From Phaeosaccion multiseriatum (Eukaryota; Protista; Ochrophyta, other classes), in assembly GCA_965112735.1 (NCBI GenBank), contig OZ218953.1:806001-870000 (forward strand): 64,000 nucleotides of DNA. The letters run 5' to 3'. The notes beneath the pieces were generated by a model. The model did not search any database, had not been told where the DNA came from, and saw nothing but the letters and a program-made list of their open reading frames with translations. Shown here piece after piece: positions 46,801-57,314 of this stretch. Position 1 is the first letter of the stretch; each line of letters opens with the position of its first letter. Position numbers and translations under genes: made by a program.

Positions 46801-48926
46801 AGATCGACAAAGCGAACAACAACAAAGCGCTCTATGAAGCTGCTTGTGGAGGGAGGATATACGAGGTCACCTTGCGGATCGAGCGGTCAGGGAGAAGGGG
46901 AGGAGGAGGGGCGGGAGGGGCGGGAGGAGCGGGAGGAGCGGGAGGAGGAGGGGGGGAAGGGAGGCAAAAGGGAGAGGGAGGCGTGCACGTGGTCACGGGC
47001 TTCGTTGTGACGTCCGCGGGGCATCTCGCCCATGTCGCCGCCATATCACCAACTGCTGCATCTGTTGGTGAAGGTGATGGTGCTGGTGCTGGTGCTTCTG
47101 TTGCCCCACCTGAACCATGCGATGTGGCTGCTGCCATATCACCAACTGCTGCCTCTGCTGCTGCCTCCACCTTTGCCTCTTCGTCTGCCTCCTCTGTCGG
47201 GTGCTTAGTGGAGCTCAACTCGGTGAGGCTCGCAGCAACGTCGGTGACAGGGCTCCGGTTTGAGCAGCTACGGCTTTCTGGTCCCATCGCAGAGGGCGGG
47301 GAGGGGCGGCCAGGAGAGAGAGGAGACAGAGAGGAGAAGGACGAGGATGAGGATGAGGAGAGGGAAGAGGAGGAGAAGGTGAAGGTGGAGGAGCAGGAGG
47401 AGGAGAAGGAGGAGGAGAAGGAGGAGGAGGAGGAGGAGGAGGAGGAGGAGGAGGAGGAGGAGGAGGAGGAGGAGGAGGAGGAGGAGGAGGAGGAGGAGGA
47501 GGAGGAGGAGGAGGAGGAGGAGGAGGAGGAGGAGGAGGAGGAGGAGGAGGAGGAGGAGGAGGAGGAGGAGGAGGAGGAGGAGGAGAGGGAGGAGGACGAG
47601 GAGGAGGAGAAGGAGGAGGAGGAGGAGGATGAGGAGGAGGAGGAGGAGGAGGAGGAGGAGGAGAAGGAGGACGACGAGGATGAGGAGAAGGAGGAGGAGA
47701 AGGTGAAGGTGGAGAAGAAGACAAAGGAGGAAGAGGGGGAGCAGGAGGAGGAGGAGGAGGGCATGGTAGTGGCGGTGGTAGAGGAGAAGGACAACGACGA
47801 CGAGGAGGATGAGGAGGATGAGAGTATAGAGGGGGGGGGGGGGGATGAGGAGGATATAAAGGAGGAGGAGGAGGAGGAGGAGGAGGAGGAGGAGGAGGAG
47901 GAGGAGGAGGAGGAGGAGGAGGAGGAGGAGGAGGAGGAGGAGGAGGAGGAGGAGGAGGAGAGAGATGAGGAGGATGATGAAGGTGTAGAGGAGAAGGAGG
48001 TGGTGGTGGGGGAAGAGGAAGGAAAAGGCAAGGAGGGGGGGGGAGAGAGAGGGGAGGAAGACGAGGAGGAGGACGATGACGAGAAGGAGGAGAAGGAGCA
48101 GGAGGAGCGGCAGGAGGAGGAGGAGCGGGGGCAGAGGAAGGAGGAGGAGAAGGAGGCGGAGGACAAGGGAGATGAGCTCGACAGACAAGAAGGAATGACG
48201 GAAGGACCGAGCGAGAGGCGAGAGGAGGAGGGCAGTCCTCCACTCGAGCAGCAGGAAGGGTCGAGGGTGAACTACGGAGATAGAGAGAAGAGCTCTGACT
48301 TCGGCCCCGAAGAGGCGCTATCGCTCGCTTCACTGGACAGCAGCTCGGGCGATGACATAGAAGGGACGCGAGGAGGAGGAGGAGGAGGAGGAGGAGGAGG
48401 AGGAGGAGGAGGAGGAGGAGGAGGAGGAGGAGGAGGAGGAGGAGGAGGAGGAGGAGGAGGAGGAGGAGGAGGAGGAGGAGGAGGAGGAGGAGGAGGAGGA
48501 GGAGGAGGAGGAGGAGGAGGAGGAGGAGGAGGAGGAGGAGGAGGAGGAGGAGGAGGAGGAGGAGGAGGAGGAGGAGGAGGAGGAGGAGGAGGAGGAGGAG
48601 GAGGAGGAGGAGGAGGAGGAGGAGGAGGAGGAGGAGGAGGAGGAGGAGGAGGAGGAGGAGGAGGAGGAGGAGGAGGAGGAGGAGGAGGAGGAGGAGGAGG
48701 AGGAGGAGGAGGAGGAGGAGGAGGAGGAGGAGGAGGAGGAGGAGGAGGAGGAGGAGGAGGAGGAGACGGAGCAGGAGTAGGAGGAGGAGAAGGAGGAGGA
48801 GAGCATCAAGAGCAAGACGGGGAGGAGGGTGAGGTAGAGGGAAAGGGAGAGGCCGAGGCAGAGGGGGCGTCCGTGTCGAGTTTTAGAAGCACGTCGAGTA
48901 CGAGTACTAGGTTCTTCCTCCATTAG
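36909..48926 (+). CDS. Giant (>3000 aa) low-complexity protein with C2-like and EF-hand-like segments and long polyG/polyE/polyQ tracts
   Basis: Consecutive long + ORFs can be joined by GT-AG introns (~37507-37881, 42835-43178, ~45417-45637, 45845-46064). C2-like strands GRIMLHVVDA..HVIWDEHLTL..LLRVRLMD..DVPVWDLL..GVVRVRLAV are interleaved with inserts. Confidence 0.6.
48370..48765. repeat. Pure (GGA)n tract, ~130 units, in frame as polyGly
   Basis: Direct inspection. Confidence 0.95.
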
Positions 48927-49125
48927 CAGCAGCGCAATATAACACGCGAGTCCACTGGCAGTTACAGAATACAACTCACTGCGAACTGAAGGGTTAAACG
49001 TTAAATACATGGACTGATTCTTTCACGGAGCTGCTGGTATACTTGCTCCTCACTTCCATCGGCCCGGGATTCCCTGTCGTACTGGCAATAATCAATCCAC
49101 ATCCCTCTCACAGACAGAGAACGAG

Positions 49126-50124
49126 CTATATTATATGCACCCTTATGATGCCATCTGCGCTGCCTAAAGGTAACGACTTTAACCGCCCCAGGCGCGTCAG
49201 CGAAGCAAGCAAGCGAAGCAAAGGTACGCAGTGGATGCCGGCAAGTGTCCTATGCCGAATCTCCCGCGCATAGAGGGATCGCTGGAGGCCCACAGCCAAC
49301 CTTCGTCTAATGGCGCACATAGCAAGCGCATAGACTGCCATGTTCAGGTGTTCGGGGCCCCCAGCAGAGTGGGTGGCGAGTGCTTTAATAAACACCTGAG
49401 CTGACGGTCCTAATGCGCCGTACTGTTCCATGCCGAAGGGCACTAGATGTACCTCTCCGGGTCATAGTGGATGTCTCCTCCTTCCCCCACTTCATCACCC
49501 GGCACGCCAAAGGTCACCTCCTCCATCAAGGCAAGCGAGCTTCTCCACCCCCCCTGCTGTCCCGAGGCCTTCCAACAGTTGGCCGTGGAGCTCCAATAGG
49601 CATCTCCAAGGGCATGCCTATTCACCTTCATCTCCAGTGAGCTGATGAGTCTGGTGAAGACGTTGCCACATGCGATGGGGCGTGGGGTTTTGGCTTCACC
49701 CGTGAGCTTGTTCGCCTCCTGCAGTGCGTGGGCCAGAGCTATATTCTGGAGTTGCCAGAATTGGGGTGGCAGTTGGTTCTCCAGCTGGGTCATCAGTCAT
49801 CAGCCTCCACAGGTCGGTTAGATGCTGGCGCACCTCTGGCCCCTCCGTCTCGTCCGCCGTGGCTGTATGGATGTGAGCGTAGCGCAAGCCGTTCGCTCCC
49901 TGGGCTCGTCCTTCCATGTCTGACATCTTGGTTGAAGTGCTGCGTGATTGCATGAGGGCCGGTACCAACCAGGGATTTATATTAGAGCTTATGGGCTCAG
50001 TATTGGTGCTCTTGAGTCCAGACCTGACCTTGAGACCAACCAGAGACAATCACACAGCACTTCAACCAGATGTCAGACATGGAAGGACGAGCCCAGGGAG
50101 CGAACGGCTTGCGCTACGCTCACA
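49126..50124 (-). mobile_element. Decayed, internally deleted CRE-like (RLE-type) non-LTR retrotransposon fragment
   Basis: Frameshifted pieces GANGLRYAHI and PRPIACGNVFTRLIS (RT N-terminal motifs) lie close to VPFGMEQYGALGPSAQVFIKALA..RRRLAVGLQR (C-terminal restriction-like endonuclease region). The RT catalytic core is missing. Confidence 0.75.
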
Positions 50125-50183
50125 GACAGAGACACAGCAGACAGACCGCTGTATCATCAACTGTATCACCAACTTGTCGGGCA

Positions 50184-52921
50184 CTATCTTCGATGCCGTG
50201 AGCGCCCTCTCGACCGATCTCTGGACCGTTCTCTGGACCATTCTCTGGAACATTCTCTGGACCGCTCTCTGGAACGTTCTCTCTGCCGCCCTCGAGAGTC
50301 GTCTCGTGAGTCATAACCACCTACACCTCTGCTATAACGCTCTCTGCTCATCCCCCTACCGCGACCCCTGCTCCTACTCTTGCTCCTGCTCCTACTCCTA
50401 CTCCTACTGTCTCGGTCTCTACCACCTCCTCTGCCACGCCTCCCGTTGCTGCTCTTGCTTCTACCAGGCCTATAGGGACCTCCGCCCCCTCCACCCCCCC
50501 CCCCCCCCGCACCGTAATCGTCACCCTCTCTGTCCCTCCTGCGGTCTCTCCCTCCACTCCCTGATGGACCAGAGAGAGAGTGCCGAGACTCAGAGTATCC
50601 GTCACTGCCTCCCCCCCCCCGCCCGTCGCCTCTCCCTTCACTGCGCTTGTCGCGTTTGTAGTGCCGCATCGCGTCGCGGGGGGGAGTTTCGCTCGTGTCT
50701 CTCTCCCTGTAACGCTCGCGTGAGTCTCTGATGCCTCTTGTCTCTCTCTCTCGGCTGCGGCTGGTGCTACGGTTGGTACTCCGTCGCTCCCAGTCATGAC
50801 TACTGCTGGTGCTGTCTCTCTCTCTGCTATCCCGCTCCACCGACACCCTCCCTCCTCCTCCTCCTCCTCCTCCCCCTCCTCCCCGTCTTCTTTCTCCTCC
50901 TCCCCCTTCTCCTCTTCTTCCTCCTCCTCCTTCTCCTATTCTTCCTCCTCCCCGTCTTCCTTCTCCTCCTCCTCCTCCTCCTCCTCCTCCTCCTCCTCCT
51001 CCCTCTCCTCCTCCTTTCCCATCCCTGAAGTTGGTTGGTGACTCCCTTGGAGGTGAGCGCTTCTCTTTCTGCTGTTGGTTTCGCTTCTGATGCTTCTGGA
51101 CAGCAGCAGTTGGCGATACAGCAGCACCACCAGCAGCAGCAGCTGGCGCTGAACGCTTGGTCGGTGCTGGCTTTTTCTTCTTCGCTATACCCTTGGTCTG
51201 AAACTCATGATAGGAGCCCCCCTCAGCGAGCTCAAGAAGGCCGAGCTCGGACGGGTTGTCGGGGATGCGTGGATGGGCCATAAAGTAGCGGTTTGCCAGG
51301 GCCTGCACCAGAGAGAGGCCGTCACACGTACATGCGTTACATGCGTTTCACAGACACGGAGGTGAAAGGGAAGAGAGGGAGAGGGAGGGAGGGACGGATG
51401 GATGGATGGATGGAGGGAGGGAGGGAGGGAGGGAGGGAGGGAGGAGGGAGGGAGTCAGGAGGGAGGGAGGGAGGGAGGAGGGAGGGAGTCCGGAGGGAGG
51501 GAGGGAGGGAGGGAGGGAGGGAGGGAGGGAGGGAGGGAGGGAGGGAGGGAGGGAGGGAGGGAGGGAGGAAGGGAGGGAGGGAGGGGGGGAGGGAGGGAGA
51601 GAGGGAGGTACGGAGAGAGAGAGAGAGCGAGAGAGAGAGAGAGAGAGGGGTGGGTGGGGAGGCGAGGGGAAAGAGGGGAAGAGTGAGAGAGACGGGGGAG
51701 AGATACAAGGGGGTGACACAAATCTGAAGAGCCAAAGGGCCACAGGACAGCACTCAAGAAAGCAGCAGTGACTGAGTGAGTAAGTGAGTGAGTGAGTGAG
51801 TGAGTGAGTGAGTGAGTGAGTCAGTGAGTGAGTGAGTGAGTAAGTGATTGAGTAAGTGAGTGAGTGAGTGAGTGAGTGAGTGAGTGAGTGAGTGAGCGAG
51901 TGTGACTGAATGAGTGAGTGAGTGAGTGAGTGAGCGAGTGAGTGAGTGAGTAAGTGAATGAGTGAGTGAGTGAGAGTGAGTAAGTGGGAGTGAGTGAGTT
52001 AGTGAGTGAGTGAGTGAGTTAGTGAGTGAGTGAGTGAGTGAGTAAGTGAGTGAGTGAGAGTGAGTAAGTGAGAGTGAGTGAGTAAGTGAGAGTGAGTGAG
52101 TGAGTGAGAGTGAGTAAGTGAGAGTGACTGAGTGAGTGAGTGAGTGAGTGAGTGAGTAAGTGAGTGAGTGAGTGAGTGAGAGTGAGTAAGTGAGAGTGAG
52201 TGAGTGAGTGAGTGAGTGAGTGAGTGAGTGAGTGAGTAAGTGAGAGTGAGTGAGTGAGTGAGTGAGTGAGTGAGTGAGTGAGTAAGTGAGAGTAAGTGAG
52301 TGAGTGAGTGAGTAAGTGAGAGTGAGTGAGTGAGTGAGTAAGTGAGAGTGAGTAAGTGAGTGAGTGAGTGAGTGAGTAAGTTAGAGTGAGTGAGTGAGTA
52401 AGTGAGTGAGTGAGTGAGAGTGAGTAAGTGAGTGAGTGAGTGTGAGTGAGTGAGTGAGTGTTTGGTTCCTGCATGTAACCGTTGATTTCGATTGACTCCC
52501 CAACCACCCACAACACTCTCCCCCCCCCCCACACACACCTCGCTCAACAAGCACCCTCGACACCCACCCACCCTCCCACCCATCCACCCCCGCACGCACG
52601 CACGCACGCACCCAGATTCTACCCCCGAACACGCGATCAAATGATCAAATGTGCTTCTGTTTCCGCTCAGTGACACTGGCACTGATCCATTGACTTACCG
52701 ACTTGGCTGAGATCCTCCTCTTGGGATCCTTCACAAGAAGTCTCGACATGAGGTCCATTGTGTCGGTGGTGAGGAAGGCTGCCGCGGCGGCAGAGCCGGA
52801 GTGGTACCGCTGCTGCTGCTGCTGCTGCGGTTGTTGTTGTTGTGGTTGCTGCTGTTGTTGTTGTTGTTGTTGTTGTTGCTGTTGTTGTTGTTGTTGTTGT
52901 TGTTGTTCTTGTTCTTGTTGC

Positions 52922-52954
<33 letters not shown>

Positions 52955-53382
52955 GCTTGTGGTTGTTGTTGTTGTTGCTGTTGTGGTTGTTGTTGCTGTT
53001 GTGGTTGTTGGTTGACGGCACTGCCATTGCTGCTGTCGGTGCCCCCCGCCCCCGCCGGATAGGCACGCTCCAACTGCTCCGCCAAGTGCTCCTGGCGAAA
53101 CGGTCAGAGCAGAGAGGTGGCCATTGTTGGGTATTGTTGGGTGTTATTGGGCGTTGTTGGGTGTTGTTGGGTGTTGTGGGTGTTGTTGGGCGTTGTTGGG
53201 TGTTGTTGGGCGTTTGTGGGCGTGATTGGGTGATGTTGGGTGTTGTTGGGCGTTGTTGGGCGTTGTTGGGCGTTGTTGGGTGTTGTTGGGTGTTGTTGGG
53301 TGTTGTTGGGTGTTGTTGGGCGTTGTTGGGCGTTGTTGGGGTGAGTTTGAAAGGTCGGGACTGAGAGAAGGCCATGGACATG

Positions 53383-53425
<43 letters not shown>

Positions 53426-55883
53426 TTGTCTGTCTGTCTTGTCTGTTTGTCTGTCTGTAATATGTTCTCTCTCTGACCTTCCTTCCTTCCTTCCTTCCTT
53501 CCTTCCTTCCTTCCTTCCGTCCCGACTGACTAACGGACTGACTGACTACCTGACGAACCAACACTCACCCTCAATCTGGGCGGAAAAGTCCCGCCCAACC
53601 CCGTCGAGGAAACCGCCTGCGCCTTCTGCTTAGAGAGGTAGGCCTGCACGGTTGGGTCCGACGGAGGAGGTGACCCCACAACCTGAGGAAGGGGGGAGGG
53701 GGGGGGGGGGTATAGAAGGGCGAAGGACGAAAGATTGGTCAGACTTCATCCCTTTCACTCCTCCTTCTCTTGCTCCTCCTCCTCGTCTTCTTCCTCCTCC
53801 TCCTCCTCCTCCTCCTCCTCCTCCTCCTCCTCCTCCTCCTCTTCCTCCTCCCCTTCCTCCTCCTCCTCCTCCTCCTCAACCCACGCACCTGATAGATCAG
53901 CGAGAGCTGATCGATCTCCGTCCTTCCCTGGCACAGCGGCTTGCCCATGATAAGCTCAGCAAGGATGCAGCCGACACCCCACATGTCCACTCCAGAGCCG
54001 TAGCTCGTGCTTCCCAGTAGGAGCTCTGGGGCGAGGAGAGGGAGGGCGGAAGGGATGGGATAAGTCAACGAAGGGAGGGTGGAAGGGATGGTAAGTAAAA
54101 AAAGGGAGGGCGGAAGGATGGTTCAAGACAACGAAGGAAGGGGTGTGGAAGAAGGAAATCAATGAAGTGTGTTGTGACCACTCGCAGCTGGATTTGAGGG
54201 GAGGGAGCGGAGGAGGAGGAGGAGGAGGAGGAGGAGGAGGAGGAGGAGAGGAGGAGGAGGAGGAGAAGAACATATCCTACCACAGCCTCTGTAACAGCTG
54301 CGGGCCTGTGGGCACCACGCTGGACACGTGACCCCTGAGATATCTCACCGCTGAGCTCACTCACCGGGGGGGCGATACCACAGAGTAATGACTTGGTTGG
54401 TGAGGTTGGTAGCGCTTTCCGACACGTGCCTGGACAGTCCGAAGTCAGCGAGCTTCTCAACAGGTTTGGAAGGAAGGAAGGAAGAAAGGAAAGAAGGAAG
54501 GAAGGAAGGAAGGAAGGAAGGAAGGAAGGAAGGAAGGAAAGGAGGGTGATGATGGAACAACAGGTTTGGTAGGAAGGTTAGGGTAGACTAGTGATTGAAG
54601 GACATCGCCATGAAAGAGAACCCCAAGCGGGGGGGCGAGGAGGGGAAGCGGCACGTATTGTTTTGGTGCCATGAGAAGCGGGCGGGCAATTAGGTGTCAA
54701 TCACCCTAAAAGAAAGCAAGCAAAGCCAAACTCAAAGTCAAAGCCAAACCAACTCCCAACCCCCCAAGTGAGTGAAGGAAGTTACGGACCCACCGACTGA
54801 CCCACCGACTGACCGACCGACTGACCGACCGACTGACCGACCGACTGACCGTCCGACTGACCGTCCGACTGACCGACAGACTGATCCTCTGACTGATCGA
54901 CCGACTGACCGACTGATCCTCTGACTGATCGACCGACCTACCTTGAGGGTGTGGTCGTTGCTGATGAGGAGGTTGCTGCACTTGATGTCTCTGTGTATGT
55001 AACGGTTCTCGTGAACATACTCCAGTACCTGCCAGCAAGCAACGCAAGGCAACACAACGCAGCGCAACGAGGGGCGTCAAGTCGAGTCAAGCTCGTGTGG
55101 AGGGTGTCGGTTACAGCATGGAGAGTGTCGGTTACAGCATGGAGGGTGTCGGTTACAGCTTACGGCTCAGTCGGGTCTGTCAGAGTTGGCTTACAGGAAA
55201 ACTCGGGTCAAATGTCGATCCCATTTATGGAGTTCGATATTGACAAGGTCACATAAACTGAAAAGGTGCGTGCCAAGTGCATGCAAGTGCAAACGTTCGT
55301 GGGCGCTAGTGCATACACACTTTCAAAGAGAGTCAAAGTCTCCTTTCTCCCTCTCTCCCTCCCTCCTCTCCTCTCTTCCTCTCTTCCTCCCTCCTTCCCT
55401 CCCTCCCTCACCTGCAACAGCTGCCTGAGAAGGTACTTGACAACAACGGGACTGAAGTGATACCGCTTGTCAAGTAGACCAGCGAGGTCATGATCCATGT
55501 ACTCTAGCACCAGGAACAGACTCCCTCTCCTCTGCTTCTCGCTGTGGTGCAGGCTGGACCCTCCAGCTCCTCTTCTCGCCCTCCCATCTCTGCTGCCGCT
55601 ACTGCCACCACCACCTGCCCCTGGGGAAGTATTCCGCTTCCGTCGCTGATATGACCAAAGGGAGAGCGAGAGAGAGAGAGAAGAGAGAGAGAGAGGGGGG
55701 GGGGGGAGGAGGTGGGAGAGGGAGAGAGAGAGGGAGAGAGAGAGAAGAGAGAGAGTCAAGGAGGAAGCCAAGGCGACGGGGGACAAGAGAGGCTGACGCA
55801 GGTGAGAAGAGAAGAGAAAAGAAAGGAGGAGATGACAGACTGCGATGGGGTGAACGGCCGGTGATGAGACGACGACAAGGAGT

Positions 55884-55972
<89 letters not shown>

Positions 55973-57039
55973 CTTTCCTCGTCCCCCGTTCTGCTGATCT
56001 CTCGCCCCCTCTCCCCTCCTTCTCCCCCCTTCCTCTCCCTCCGCTCCATCGCTCCCCCCCGAATCGCTACCTTCCTCCTCCTGCCGCCGCTGCCGCTGCT
56101 GCTGTCCATATGCCTCTAAATCATCGTCCTCCTCTTCGAACTCCTCCACGCTCTGCGCCGCTGCAGAAGACACGACCTCGTGGAGCTTCACCATGTTGGG
56201 ATGGGATAAGTCATTGAGAATCTTGATCTCTCGCAGCGCCGTCACGGGAAGCTGCACTCGGTCGGACCGGGCCAAAGGGAAGGGTGGCCAGGAGCAGCGT
56301 GGTGAATCAACCACATCGATCGATTGGTCGATGAATGGGGAGATGGCACAAGACGAGGGGGGTTGGGTGGGTGGGGGAGGGGTGGGCAGGGGTGGAGGGT
56401 AGTGTAAGGAGGGGCGAAAAACGGGAGAGGAAGTTCGGGGGGGGGGGGGGAAGCCTCTCGTCGAGGGTGCAATGCAAAAGGAAGAGGAGGGAGTACCGAG
56501 CGAAAGACAAAGAGGCCGATGAGTACATCCTGTCCCCCAACAATACACAAGCGGAATTACTTACTGTGACGATATTTACACCCCAACCCTTACAAAACTC
56601 CCTCACCGCCGTCCCTCCCTCCCTCTTTCTCTCCATGTATTTCTATATCTTGTTTCTTTCTTTCTTTCTTTCTCCCAATCGTTCAAACCACCCTGCTTCT
56701 GCTATTGCTACAGCTGCTGCTGTTGCTGCTGCATCCACTCACCCCCATGTTCTCGTGCCTCACTCTGATCTTCTTGAGAGCAACGACCTCTCCTGTGGCC
56801 TTATTCCGAGCTCGGTAGACCTGTCCGTACGTCCCTTCCCCAATCTGCTCTATCCGAGAGTAGCTCTCGATGGTCCGGGTGCCCCATTGCGGCCTCAAGC
56901 GCCCGGCAGCACCAGCAGCACCAGCATTTCCCTCATTGCCACCCTGTGCACCCTGTGGTTCCTTCGAAAAGCTGCTGCTACTGCTGCCTCTGCTGAGGCT
57001 GCTGCCCGGATGGGCGGTCGCCCCCACAGACCACGACAT
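50184..57039 (-). CDS. CDKC: Cyclin-dependent CTD kinase, CDKC/CDK12-like, with C-terminal RS domain, ~9 exons
   Basis: [28 protein letters not shown]; [12 protein letters not shown]; [13 protein letters not shown]; [12 protein letters not shown]; [25 protein letters not shown]; DPKRRISAK; final exon rich in SR/RE dipeptides. Confidence 0.9.
51769..52459. repeat. (GTGA/GTAA)n microsatellite in a CDK intron
   Basis: ~690 bp, direct inspection. Confidence 0.95.
53125..53340. repeat. 10-bp minisatellite (YGTTGTTGGG)n in a CDK intron
   Basis: About 20 tandem units. Confidence 0.85.
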
Positions 57040-57314
57040 AGCCAGCTGCACGTGGACTGCTGCAACTCACACAAGCCACCTCGGCTCCATAGATGTTCGG
57101 TGATGATCTTGCAGCTCAGAGGGCTAGAAATCACAGAAATCGATGCTGATCAGAGGGGGAATGTGAGGAGAGCAGAGCAAAAAACAAGAAGTCCCGTGGT
57201 ATAATCTGTGGCGTCGGATGGCTTGAGCGTTGTACGATGCGCGTAGTATAAAGTGGGATAAAGTGGGATAGAGTTAGGGTGATTAGGGAGAGAGGAAGCC
57301 TTCAAAAGGAACAC

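Noticed and set aside
53125-53340. Possible interstitial telomeric repeat
   Set aside because: The unit is a 10-mer TGTTGTTGGG, not TTAGGG/TTTAGGG-type, and it lies within an intron.
53569-53682. Suspected in-frame stop or frameshift in a CDK exon
   Set aside because: On recount the exon is 114 nt and reads VVGSPP..FPPRLR without a stop.
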